A DNA stretch of 64,000 nucleotides from Acanthaster planci (Eukaryota), in the NCBI RefSeq assembly GCF_001949145.1, contig NW_019091357.1, forward strand, positions 2,276,114-2,340,113. The letters are read 5' to 3'. How positions within the stretch are numbered: the stretch's first letter is position 1; each line of letters opens with the position of its first letter. Made by a program: the position numbers and the translations under genes. The notes under the pieces were generated by a model, which did not search any database, had not been told where the DNA came from, and worked only from the letters and a program-made list of their open reading frames with translations. Below, one piece after another: positions 1-12,557 of this stretch.

Positions 1-50
1 TTAGTACAAAGCGAATAAAAATACGTTCTCTACATTTTGAAAGCATGCTA

Positions 51-167
51 ACAGTTATTTCCCCAAATGTTGCTTATTTTACATCCATTAACGAAGGGTA
101 CATCGTCCCTTCTTTGCAAGTGCGTCTGTTTTGTACGTCTGATTTGTGTTGCATGCTGATACATAGG
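51..167 (+). mobile_element. LINE RT fossil (domains 4-5)
   Basis: TVISP..YFTSINE...QVRLFCTSDLCCMLIHR versus consensus TVLGP..F..YINDL...VRLFADDC.LYR. Confidence 0.5.
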
Positions 168-1329
168 GTTCCCCCCCCCAAAAAAATAAATCCAAAAGTA
201 ACATTGAGTTTCCCCGAAACCAGTGTCAGAATTTTTGTTTTTGGTAACAAATTGAAGCTAACAGTGTTTTCTATTTACACTGAAAATTTCATTTGAAGCT
301 CATATTGTATTAAGGAGATATTTTTAATTACGCATTACACCACTTATTTTTTGTTCTTTCCTGTGGACGTTTGTACGGCTTATCTTGCAATTTGTATGCA
401 ATCACTGAATTTATATCCCAAATTATCACACAGCTCTTTGGGTTCTTTTCTACCCTTGAATTTGTTTCTCCTTTTAACCTTTGTAAAACTGATGCTTATT
501 TCAGGGAGTAATTTAAAAAAAAATAAATAATTGCGTAGTTTCAGAGTTTACTGAGTTTGTGTTAGGGCAACCAATCTCAGTTGAACCCGTGCGGTTTTCT
601 CCAGTTGATATGCAAGGTACTAATCTTGTTTATGTCTGTTACATAAACCACTCTGAATTTCAGCACCCTGCTTGTTGACGGAAAATAAGAGATTTTAACC
701 AACCACAGCAGAACTCTGTTCAGTTCATTACCCTCGTGCTGTAAGCCTCGCCAAGGATCGCATTTTGTTAAAAGTGTTCAGTGGAGTAAACATATCGTTT
801 TGATTGCTGTGATAAATCCGAATGGACTGAGCAAAAAAAGTAGTTGTCTTACGAAATCGAGAATATCTCTGCAACGCATCGTCAGATTTTAACGAAGTCC
901 TAAGATTTGTAAAGCTAACATTCAGGGCTTCGTTTGTTAATAATTTACGATTATTAATAATTGTTAATAATTTCTAATAATTAGTTTGGGAAAAATTAAA
1001 TATTCCTTTTGGGTTGTTTATAAGGAAGCATCCTGCATCTCCCGGCGCCGAAGACTCAAAGCCAAAGTAAAAAGAATTCTTCGTCCTAAAACCCCCTTAA
1101 AACTTGCGCGGTTCAAGTAATTAAATTCATCAAAGTTCTGTGGCACCTGCGGTGCTCAGAACTGAAAATTGGAATCAAATGGAATTCATAAAATGAACGA
1201 GTTGAGCAAAAGGTAACATATCACGATCTGTAACAGTCATTCACTGAGGATTATATGCTAATCTTGAATCATGTTTTCTCTACCTTGTTCATTCCACCGC
1301 CTTTGATGTTCCGCCGACCGGTCCTTTAT

Positions 1330-1410
1330 TCTCGAGTGGGAGTAGCTCAATGCTGCTTCCATATGTACCGTACCTTCTTACCGTCCGGGGGAAAAATGAA
1401 TATTGAGCTT
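1330..1410 (-). mobile_element. LINE ORF2 C-terminal fossil
   Basis: 1373-1405 reads QYSFFPRTVRR, matching the CR1/L2-group C-terminal motif YSFFPRT.R.WN. Confidence 0.7.
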
Positions 1411-1749
1411 TTGAACAAGTCCCTAGTAATCCGGATAAGTCATTCGTGTCAGGAACATGAATTTCGGGTTCCTTGAGTTTTATCCCTCCGCGAAGCGCAG
1501 AACGTGACGAGGTGACATCCCGATCACGAAGGCGCGAATTTTCGACCCGCCAAGCCGGAGCCCCCCCCCCTTTCCTCCCACGCGCCTTCATGAATATGCA
1601 TGGTGGACCAGGCGAGAGGTTTATCCATCTTGCACCTAGCGATTCGACAAAGTGTCAAATCAGAGTGACCCGTCAAGCCATCCTCGTGTAATCCTGCCCT
1701 CCTCAACGACCTGTAACACCGGCACCCATCATCGATTCATCGATTGCTC

Positions 1750-1900
1750 CTCCTTTAATCAAAGTACCGTACGGGGTCCCACACTGCCCCTTTACCATGA
1801 GGTGGGTCACACGAGATTTCTGAAACCATTACCTTTCTCGTGGAGTTTTAGGATGCCATCTGAAATTAAACCGTTTTCCTATCTTTGGGCTGATACCTTT
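1750..1900 (+). mobile_element. LINE RT fossil (domains 4-5)
   Basis: QSTVRGPTLPLY (1760-1795) versus QGTVLGPTLF.Y; YLWADT (1880-1897) versus LFADDT. Confidence 0.5.
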
Positions 1901-3689
1901 TGTTTTGCACACTCAAAAAACAGGTGGGAGTTGGGACCAATATTAAAAGGCACAAACTTGCTGTTTAGCGCATTAAACTCTTGCTCAACAAACATTGGTT
2001 CCCGGCTAAAATTTCCGTGCGCTTTCAAATGCTTGCCACTGATTCACTTCCACCTGTTTGTTTGTTTGTTTTTTTGCTCAGCGTATATCTCGCTAAGCCA
2101 CTTTTCTAGTGAGCTTTTAACTGATGGTAACAAATTGAAAGCATTCCAGCATGTAAATTTAAAAAGCACAGCGATACACCTATTTGTCACAGCCTCAAAA
2201 CATGCGTAAACACTGCCCATTTGCTATGTTTTTGCCATTTGCTCAAAGTTTGCAACGGCAAGATGTGAATTATACGAGCAACCCCAATGAAACAACAGAC
2301 CACGTTAAGAAATATTTAATAAAATACGTTGAAACTCAGTTTTAATTAAATTATGACTGAAAGATACAGAATTCCAGGGAAATAACTTTATTTTACAATA
2401 CTGTAGGTTTGAAAGGTTAGAGCTGACGAGTTGGTTTTGCGTTTTTATAGTAAGCTTATCTTTCTCCGCCAGGATATCGACACGATGTCAATGTTTTCCA
2501 ATAAAATCAATCACTCCAAACATAAGGTGTCCAGTTTATGTGAGAGTGTTTATTTTTTTCAGAGGGTGCACCCGATGGTTTTTATTTATATACAGTTTCT
2601 AATCGAGAGGAGAAAAATGTCTCCCTTTCTACGTAGGACGACTTGTTCTGAGGTCAAACCTTGAGACTAAACATTGCACGCTGCAGGTCTCGAAGTCTGT
2701 TTTGAACCGCAAAGCAGAGTTCAAATTCTTTGACCCGGACGATTGGTTCTCTCAACAAATTAACACCTAGTAATTGCAAATTCTTTGATTGACTGTATCT
2801 TTCTTTATCTGGCAACTAAACCTTAAATATTTGGATTCCCTTTGAGCTGAGGATTAAAAAAAATGTACTTGCTTCACGTTACATGCCTTTCACCGACATT
2901 TCCTGAGTACAACCTGATCAGTGACTACACCTTGCGCAAGTTCTAGATACTCCGGAGGGTTTAGTCTCTCTGAAGAAACTCGGGGGGCAGAGACGAGAGA
3001 GACGGGGTCCCTTCGGTCCTTCCCCGAGCCTCCAGGCCCCAGAAACCAGCCCCCCAAAACAGCCCCTCTCCGTCACTCCGGCATGCTTCACTGGTTGCAG
3101 AAATCTATATTTCCGACGAGTAGCCCGGAGCGGTAGAGTCAGGGGGGGGGGAGCCTACGCGACCAGCTCGTGTCCCCAGCCTACCCCCCTCCCCTTGGGG
3201 GCGTATGTGTTGTCTGTACCGGGGCAATGCCCGCGCAGGGCACCCATGCTGACGGAAAACGGTAACAAACTGCCCCACAACACCTGTCTATTATCGTGGA
3301 GGGAATTTCTGTCTAATTGAAGTGTTTTCTTTTCTTCTGGTAGTTTTGTCAGAGAAAGTAATAGACATTATGTCAAAGTTGCAAGATGAACGGTTTGAAA
3401 GAAAGACAGGGAAAAGGGTTGTGAGCAAAGTTTCGGAAGTAATGTGAGGTTATGAAGTTCACGACATCCGTCCCTCAAATTTGCTTGAAGTGACAACGAA
3501 CTGCGGTTTGAGTAACTGCAATAAAAGAAGCCATATTTACGAAATGGAAAATTCTAGTAGATCAGTACATGTCAAATCAATACAAATGAAGTATAAATCC
3601 TGAGCGTTATACCTAGGCCGTGAAAATATTAGATAAGAATTCCATCGTTTCTGAAGAGAAAGTTGTAAATGCTTGAAGTATAAGGTTTT

Positions 3690-3835
3690 CAGTATGGTGG
3701 GACATCACCCCCAGTTCCATTTTCTGTGACACAGGTTCGAATCTCGTCCAAAGCTGAAAAGGAGATAAAATTTGTGCCGAAATTTCTGCGTTTGAGTCAC
3801 CAGTAGCACGCCCTTTGAAGGGGGGAGAAAACCGA
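3690..3835 (+). mobile_element. tRNA-derived SINE-like remnant
   Basis: B-box-like GGTTCGAATC near 3734 with a degenerate upstream A-box region. Confidence 0.3.
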
Positions 3836-3989
3836 TTCTTGCATTACTGGAAACAACTGAACAACGGAAGAAAAAGTACAAAATGATATCCCATAATCGC
3901 CTTATCGATGGATGAATATTGATATTGCCACGATCTACATCTCAGTATAAACTATCCACATTCAAAGAAATATTCAAAGGATACTTTCA

Positions 3990-4290
3990 TCTATCTTAAC
4001 TGCAAATATGTAAGGTGTAAAAGTCGATTTCCCCATGTTAATTTTTTTTAACCACTTCCTTAATGGCAGAGAAATTAATGACCCCCCTAGTTCTTTTTCT
4101 TAGCACAAGATCTTGTAACAAGTTCGATTGTACAACTTGAGATATATCTTCCCCAATTCTTCTTTGAAGAAATAGGTAAATAAATAAACACTGAGAACAA
4201 AACAACAACATCATCATAGAAGTAGGCCTAATCTTAGAATAACGCTGTGCATTTTTCTGAAAAAATGAAGTGGCCGTTAATTTAGCCTGC
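3990..4290 (-). mobile_element. LINE RT fossil (domains 1-3)
   Basis: FFQK..SKIRPTSMM (IRPTSMM at 4212-4232) then QSNLL and HGEIDFYTL, versus FKKG..NYRPISLL, NNLL and G..D.IYLD. Confidence 0.5.
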
Positions 4291-4659
4291 CGCGCCAACA
4301 CATACTTTGGATCATGAATACGGGGGCAGACCATAGCGCGGCCTGACAGACATGTAGCCCCGGAAGATAGCGCCGTGGCACGGCCGAGTGGCGTGTCCGT
4401 CATCACCGGCTGGTGACGGGCCCATAGTCCGATGCCAGACCGCACCCTTCTGGCTGTCTCTGACGCGCAGACGCTTCTGATAGGGCGTTAAATTGGATGG
4501 AAGACAACGAACAGATATACCTGTCGAAATGGCAACAAGTTAATTGATTAGTGGTGTGCAGGCTGTAGATATTAGCAATTGTCTCAACGAATGTTCAGTA
4601 TACTTTCAAGTTTTGACAGGTGTGGATGAAAATTTCCAGAGAAGGTGCAACTGATGACC

Positions 4660-4756
4660 TGTTTTGAGGGACAATTCGAAAACAGATGCAATAGCTGGCC
4701 TAATAATGCCATCTGTGTTCACTCCAGGATGCATTGATTGTGCTCATGTCAAATAG
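4660..4756 (+). mobile_element. Decayed PIF/Harbinger transposase fragment
   Basis: 4685-4756 reads DAIAGLIMPSVFTPGCIDCAHVK*, resembling the Harbinger/HARBI1 first catalytic-Asp motif AGMPGV.G.(I/V)DC.HV. Confidence 0.4.
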
Positions 4757-6509
4757 AACCATATGGAATGTACTTAGGAAACGTCACGATATGTGACCTC
4801 CAACTTTCACAATAGCCTTGCGAACTCACTAAAGCCAGGCAACAAGTGCTCCATTTCGCAACGCTAAAAACTGTCTAAAAATTGGTCTCAATATTGAGAA
4901 CAGAAACTACTCTTACGACAAATTTCTGTATAGCCTCACACCGACAGGTACCGTAACGATATGTACTTCCATTCCCTGGATCTCCGCGCCAATTCATTTA
5001 CATAAATCATTCCTGACAATACCCCATCCGCTAAAAAAAAAAAACCACCCGGCAAACAATGATTCATTACCACACATTCCCTCTTCCTGCCCCCCTCGTC
5101 TCCTCCCCCCCTCCTTCTTGTCTATCTGTCATTCAAGCTGTCCCTCCGAAGCATATTGTGCGGCTAGCCCCTGTCTCGTTGGAAACCTCTGTCTCCTTTC
5201 TATCATGTCTCTCTCGCTTTCTGTTCTTGGCCCGCCCATCACCCTGAGCTCGGCCGCTCGCCGCCCGTGCCTTACCTGTCAGCCTCCATGCCCCTCCGAG
5301 GAACAAGTCTTCCTCCTGATGTGCTCTCCCAGAGATCTCTATATTTATAACATTCCGGGGCCGCGCACATAACGTCCCGTTTAATGATTCATCTTGGACG
5401 AGATTAAGTTTTAGAGATTCTCTTGTTTTTCTTTCTTTTTCTGCCCCGTGCATTAAGGTCAACAAGAGGGAACTTCCGATCTCAGCGTGAAAAAAAATGG
5501 AACAGTTAAACAGAATCTGACAGGGGCAGCGACGCGAAATGGATCGGCAAGTTGTTTGAAGAATTCTGTCCTAAGAAATACATAAACTGGAGCGCTGATA
5601 AAACCAAAGGCATTTTTGATGTCCATAAATACGTGTCACTTCCACTGAAGCTTTAACAGCAAATGACACCCATTTACAGGATCCGGGTCACATTAATGTT
5701 GATTTAACAGAGCAGGTTACTTTGTCGCTGTAAAAATGCAACAATAACAAATTTCAACTGAGGATAATTCCAAACTTGCTTTGCGCTTTATCAGTAATGG
5801 CAATGTACAGATTGATAATCTCCGTCCAGTATTCACTGATAATCCAAACTGAATAATGTTTGATCTGAGAAAACATTTAACGCACACAATTACGCATATT
5901 TATTATGCATTTCCAAGACTACATTTCTTAATCTTTTAATCGAGACAGCAACGACGTAAACTTGCCGACATAACTTGGACAACCAAAACTAACTCCTATA
6001 ATTATTCCTTCCACAGGTTTTCTCGTTCGAAATGGAACAGAAACCTTCAAAAAGTTTCTGACTTAACGCGAGCAAATTTCTGCTTCGAAGGTTTTGCCTG
6101 ATCAGGGAGACAATAAAAAATGGAAGCTTGTCCGTGAACCATCGCCTCACAATGCACAGTGTCATCCGAATGAAAGACATTTGATTGAAACCAAAGTCGC
6201 GCCATATTCTTGCTTGAGAGCACATGCAAAACACCTTAAAAACAAACGAACAAACAAAACACTTCCTTTGATGTCTGTCCACGAAACAGCCGTTAGTGAG
6301 CGAGTCTAAAGTGACTTGTAACAGCTGGAACTGAATATTTACATTAGCTCATGAATACCGAGGAACCGTTTTGTTCTACTCCTACTAAGAATATTACCGT
6401 TGATATTAAGAAAACACACAAACAATAACCACACCCAACGGTGTGCTAAACAAAATCACCAAAGACACACCAAACAGCGGCTTGCAAATAATATTACTTA
6501 AATTGAATT

Positions 6510-6830
6510 TCCCCTAAATGCTTAGAAATCGGCATGTTATAAAGTTAGGCTTTCAGAAAGGAAAAAAAATCCAAGGTGGGCTGGAAACTGAACCACACTT
6601 AACAACAGCTCTTCAATTCACTGCTTCGAGTTTTCTAACATGTCCAGACGTCTAACAATAATCCAAACTGCTGAAAATCTATGGATTTTCAAGGCCATTT
6701 TTATGTCCATACAATCTGTGGGCTCAGCGAATTGTCTGAGGTATTACAGGACCCTTATTTTTCTGTCGTGAAATTATTCACTTTAATTTCATTGTTTATT
6801 TATCAAGTTAAAGACATTGGGCATCTTAGC
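6510..6830 (+). mobile_element. LINE RT fossil (domains 2-4)
   Basis: Ordered motifs KCLE, GFQKGK (6548), FEFSN, SKLLKIYG (6662), SEVLQ (6735), LFIYQVKDI (6792), with frameshifts. Confidence 0.55.
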
Positions 6831-7449
6831 GACAACCTTATAGGCCTACCCATCGTTCAAAATTTCTAGATCTTTAGCCAGTCGAGTCGTCTCAGGTAAT
6901 TACCCGTCTGATCTTGTAAATGGAGATGAGTTGCAGAAAAAAAACCATTTCTGTCTTGAATCAGCGATTTATAATTCGATTGGGAGCATAGCACGGTTGG
7001 CGGATGCTTACGTAGCGTCCTCGGCCTACCCGTCCTCCTTGAGATACAAGAAAACATCACCGACACCTCCACCCATGTACCTTCAGTAGCACCTCACAGC
7101 CTCTAGACCCACTCGCCCCATCGCCGACTAACCACACCTTCAAGACTTGCAGGTTCAAGACTGGCAAAGACGAAGGAAAAGAAGGAAAGAAAGATAGAGA
7201 AAGAGAGGAAGAAAGAGGTCCTTTTCTCTCGCTCCGCTTTATTTACACATCCCAAGGACCGAGCCAGCCCGCTCTAGTTTCCCCGTCTCCTCGTATCCTA
7301 TGTCAAGCACATCTCCCGAAGGAGACACCCCATACACCGCTTATGCGCCTCGATTCAGGCGATCACTTGACCCCCCCCGATCAAAAACACTGTGAAGGAA
7401 AAAAAAAATCTATCTTCGATGGTTTACAAGAGACAACAGAATAATAATA

Positions 7450-8342
7450 AAAACCTGTACTAACTCGGTCTGGATTGGGCGATTGGAGAGCGGATGAGGC
7501 CAGTAAACTTGAGGGATGGAGAAGGTGCACTGCATGCTCTTGGGGGCAGACCGGGTTGTACATACGTCTTGGGTAACCCCAGCTGGCAAAAAAAAAAAAA
7601 AAAACAAAACATGGCAAAGACGTGCTGAATTTTGTTGGCTGGGCGCAGGGGCCAATCCGCGAGTACTGCGCCCCGCAGGGCCACCGTCCAATTCAAAATT
7701 CCCCCAGGGGTTGACATACTGTGAGGCTGACATACAAACGACCACAACTATCGAATAGTCAAAGAAGCCATTTGGTTATCATGAGATCTCTGAAAGTCTT
7801 TTTTTCCCTCTCAACCCCAACCCCTATTGAGCCCACAGATCTTGCGACCACACTATCGGGATAAGGGTGTCACTGTGCCGAACGTGAACACCTTGCTGTC
7901 CTCCCTCCCTCAATCACCCCCTTCTCTAAAAAAAAAAAAAACCCTGCTGGTATTCTAGAGTGGTGAATCCCAGAGTAAGGGGGCGAAATCTCTCACGCGC
8001 GCTCAGTCAGCGCGCATATATAGTTTGTACAGAGGGATTACTTTAACCCAATAACACATGCCTTGTGTGTGTGTCTGTCTGTCTGTCCCTCTCCAGCTAG
8101 CAGCACCACCGTGCATCGCCTCAGTTCGTCTGTAGCCGGGCGTGTTTTGAGACTGCCTAACGCATCGTGCCGTTGTGTGAGTGTGTTGCGTTGAAGAGCA
8201 GCCACGCAGGCCGAATCGCCTACCGCGCCCGATCCTCTCCAGTGACTGACCGCCAGGTATACGGACTGCGGCACTGTCTGGCGGGGTATTCTATCCTTCG
8301 CGTCCGACCAACCACCGCTATCAAATCCTCACTATTTACAAG
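7450..8342 (+). promoter_or_regulatory. Candidate TFAP2 promoter and non-coding first exon
   Basis: CCAAT/ATTGG boxes near 7474, 7482 and 7652; TATA-like CATATATAG near 8016; Inr-like TCAGTT at 8121; CpG-rich; donors CAG|GTATAC (after 8256) and AAG|GTATGT (after 8342). Confidence 0.45.
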
Positions 8343-8870
8343 GTATGTTATCCGGCTGCATCTCCTAATTAATCGTACATCCCTTTCTTTTATTTGCCGT
8401 CCCCCGGTTTTTTTGGTCGAAGAGTTCTCGGGGTGTTTTTATCCGTGCGAGTGGCCTTGTTCCATCGTTGTGTTCGCGGTGTGCTTATTTACAAGGCGAT
8501 GAAATCACCCAGTCATGCATGTCTGCTGAATGTGCTTTAATCTGGGAGCTGTATCACTGAAGCAAAGGACAACAAAACACAGAAAACTTAGTTAACAGCC
8601 TTGACCTTCAAATACTTTTCTTTTCTTCTTGATTAGCGGTAATATTTTGTTTGGTGCTGTGACTGGCCGTAACCTTTTTGAGCTGGGTCAAGAGTGTGTT
8701 GCCTGCTCGGCTAAAACGAGGACCGTTAGCACTTCAGCGTCTCCTGTCGCAGACGCTTAATTTCACCAATCTCTTCAACCCGTCTGTAATTATACAGCCA
8801 TGATTTAATTGGCTTTCTTGGTGAGACATTTCTTGCCTTGATTCTCCGTTCTGTCTGTGTTTTACGGCAG

Positions 8871-9088
8871 CGGTTCGCCGACGAGGCGGCAGTGGATTCG
8901 AGTGCCGGCGACGAGCCCTCGCCGTATCGACGCGTTCACCGTCAGAGCCTGAACCAAACGCCGACTCCTCGGATCCGCCAACTTCGCCGGGTTTGCTGTA
9001 GCCGTCGCCTGGTCCACTAAGAGCAACTGTCTGTCATATTTCGCCTGATTCTTCAGTCTTGTTTGCGTCTTCGAGGGCTCCAGATCTC
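8871..9088 (+). other. 5'UTR part of the ATG-containing TFAP2 exon
   Basis: Pyrimidine-rich acceptor TTCTCCGTTCTGTCTGTGTTTTACGGCAG ending at 8870; no ATG between 8871 and 9088. Confidence 0.5.
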
Positions 9089-9133
9089 ATGAGCGATATG
9101 TCGTTTCTTGCTTTGGATTCCAACAGTTGGCAG
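9089..9133 (+). CDS. TFAP2: AP-2 (TFAP2) first coding exon, MSDMSFLALDSNSWQ
   Basis: ATG at 9089 is the first in-frame ATG after TAG at 8999-9001. The 15 codons end in a strong phase-0 donor CAG|GTAAGA, compatible with phase-0 exon 2. The ...WQ|ER junction resembles the vertebrate TFAP2A isoform start MSILAKMGDWQ|DR. Joining to exon 2 is inferred. Confidence 0.75.
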
Positions 9134-10940
9134 GTAAGAGATACTGACTTCAATTTTGCTTGCCTTGGCCAGCATGGATCTAATCTGACACGTTGCTGGT
9201 GAATTGCAGGTCAATGTCACCCGCGCCTTGTAACAATAACCCGCTTTTCGTTCCCGTCTTGATCACGACATTCACTGCGGGCGAATGCGTTAGTGGCTTT
9301 ACATCAAAAACGAACCGTTGAAATTGTTCAATTTCACGGTCACATCCTCATTATTTAATCAGTTATCCATGTCACCGATCGTCTCTTGCTGGGGGGTGGG
9401 TGCTATCATAATTGAAGGTCGGGAGATCGAATCAACAGACGGCATACACGTAAATTTTAGGGATTTGGTTTCTCATGACATCGTTGGCAAATAATGAAGC
9501 AAGAATTCCGATGTCTTTTAGCTGGTGTTCATTACCCAGTTGAGCTGCCGCCTTTTGGGGGGTTAGGAGAAAGAGGTACATATAGCTACATCGTGGTTAA
9601 GCTGACTCAATCTTTCCCTTGGCTAATTATCTCGGAGCTTTAAAACCTGACAATAGCCGCAATGGGTGGCTCCCAGCTCGACATAAACAATTTTCCGGGG
9701 TTCACTTGTCCCTCTCCCCCCCTCTTTTTTTTTAACTTAATGCGCCCCCAGTGCACCCTGATTGTCCCGCTGTGGGCACCGGTTTACCACCCCTTCTTGT
9801 CCCGTTAAGTGGGTGCACAATGCTCACCCTTTCCCCTTTACAAATGCCCAATTTGTGAGCTGATTGCAAAAACACCGGCTTCGGAAGATTTTGCTTTCAT
9901 CACCAATTGGGAAATTGATAAACAGCTCTTTGTCAATGAGGTGTTAGCACAGGCGCGTGGTACCGAAGTCTGTGCCTCGATGCTGCCTTGATAACTATTA
10001 TCCCGTGCATGTTAGTTGGTGTTCATTTTCTTGATTTGTGAATGTCAAGTTCCGAGGATTTGTCCGACTTATAATCGTGAAGCATGATACGTAATATACA
10101 CACCACTGAGTATTTATGACGAGTTATTTACGAGCTCTAAGCGGTCATCTGCGTGCAAAACTTGCGACGGTAAACACGGAGTGCGCAGCCGTAGGCGCGC
10201 CACAACGGCTGCTGTTTCATTCAACGAACCTTATTTAATTGTACTTCGTAACGGTGTAAACACTTCTGAAGAGAAGGAAACCTTACAAATAAAAAAAACC
10301 AACGCGGAAAGAAATGCACTCAACACCAGGAGCTATAACGGGAGGACTTCTTAAGAGGGTCTGCAAGACAGAGAGGGGTCAGGGAGCAAGATTATGTGGA
10401 GGAACCGGAGTGTCCCTCTCTCTACCGTTAGATCAGCACAGCCCTTAACGTCTTATGAAGTTCGCTTCTTTTTGGCCCCCCCCCCTCTGTAACATGCACC
10501 GGTGACGCCCATCTATTAATCTCGTCATCCCTGGTCGCCTTTATCTGGATACATCTTATTATCAGCTCGCTCCTTGGCCCTGGAAAGGAGGAAAGCAGAA
10601 ATCGGAAATTCAAGTGCCCCCCTTCCCCCACATTGAGGTCACGGGGGTGCGTTGACTCGGATGAAGAAAAAAAAAATGATGTCATGACGCCTGTTGTTGA
10701 ATATGTATGACAAACTTCTTCTATGAAACCCTCTACCCAGAACAGTGGTCTTTCTCTTTCGGAGCGTGCCGCTCATTCGATTATCGTGAGTTTTGTACTC
10801 TCGACTTGAAAGCGACTACTTGAAGTATTTCGTTTCAAGACAGTGATGCTGACATTTTCCAAGTTCTTCTTATTTTTTGTCCACTTCTTACAGGTCTATT
10901 CATAAAATTGCTTTCTCTTGGATTTTAACGGTTCAAAAGA

Positions 10941-11140
10941 GCCCTTGTCAAGGGGATCAACAACTCTTTTTAACATAAATTCGACCAGATTTGACGCATT
11001 GTGTGTTCTAATACGGCTTCAGTATAAATGATGGAAAATGTAATTTAAGCATGCAGTAGACCTATTTGACACTAAAACATTCTTTTCTTTCAACTAAATG
11101 ATTTGAAATCAGTAAAGGACCCTCCAAAATTATCTGTTGC
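10941..11140 (-). mobile_element. CR1-like LINE RT fossil
   Basis: IILEGPLLISNHL (11095-11133) then SNLVEFMLKRVVDPLDKG (10941-10994) versus CR1 TNLLEF..VT..LDKG. Confidence 0.6.
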
Positions 11141-12515
11141 CATTTTAAACGTGAACATAAAGAATTCTGGCTGAATAATTTCACAGCTTGTCTTGTTTGT
11201 TCTTTGAAAAATAATCATATGTCACATCAACACCAAAGTGCAAGTAAGACCAAAATAATGGAGACGAAACAGCGCGCAAATTAAAGATCGACACAAGAGA
11301 CGTCACTCTCAGGGTGAAGGCTTGGGTTATCTTTACACACTGGAACGGGACGTAACCTTTAAATAGAAAGAACCGAAGCTCACATGACACACTGGCCGGA
11401 CGCGGCTAAGAATTGTAGAAGAAGGATCAACCGAAAAAAGGTCACCGAGATGGAAGGAAGGCCAAAGTGTACCCTAAGTGCCGTTGGCATTTTGCCTTGG
11501 CGCTAAATGCTAACCCAAAACGTGGGGGGAAAAGACTGTGGTTTGCCAAGTACTGTGGACCGCAGGGTAAGGGCTTTTGCGTTTCTGAATAAGTTGATGG
11601 TAGGAAATAATTACCCCGAATTTGTCCTGTCGTTGACTGTTGTGCTGTTAAGTATTGGGCATGAAAGTTGTTAAATACTGCGAACTGGCTGATTTGGTAT
11701 TGCTTCTAAGTGGCTAGTGTGAATATCCGACATGGCAGAGCTTTCACCTTCCTCATGCTCGACAGGTGAATTCTGCCAAGCCGATAACCTGTCGTCTCGG
11801 GCAGGGACTGGTCCCCCTCCCGACTGCATGTCACCGACGCATCGGTGGACAGAGGGCGACCTGTTCCTCTGCCGGTGCTGGGCGGAAGAGTTAGTTCCTG
11901 GTTAGCCCCGCTCGCTCGACACGGAGCACGTGGCGGGACCGTGTCCCGACCGGGCTCAAGTTTCAACCACCCAGACCGTACGGGGGGAGAGAGAGCGCCG
12001 CAAACTTCCCATCCGGGGGTCGCCCGAGCGCGCGGTGCCCACTGCCCGGCGCTGGCCGTGCCTCGCTATCGCAGACTCCCCGTATTGGATCTCACTTCGC
12101 ATCAATTAAGGTTCTTTGACGCCCCACCTGCCGCGCGCGTTACCATGTACGCATGTTTGTTTGGGCCTGTGTTTCCAGAGAGTAATGTTTGATGGCTTTG
12201 ATATGATATCTCGTAAATTTAGCATTGATTCTGGGAGGGAAACTAAAGCCGTGGACTGTATCGCTTCCAGTTTACAACTGAAGACCGCCGCGCTGTCACT
12301 GCGCTCATGCTCAATTAGTTTTGATTATGTTCGGCCGTGTAACGACGCACTCAACCATTACCAAGCAGTCAATTCGCTTACAATACTGGCGAGATTTTCT
12401 CGCACTACAGTGAAACAGAAAACTGTATCAACAATGGCAACCACATTACCTTGAAGTGAATTCGATATTATCTTGAGTTGGAAGTTGCATACTATAGTGT
12501 ATGTTCCCTTTAGTT

Positions 12516-12557
12516 TTATTTATTTATTTATTTATCATTATTATTATTATTATTATA
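12516..12557. repeat. (TTTA)n/(ATT)n simple repeat
   Basis: Directly visible low-complexity tract. Confidence 0.85.
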
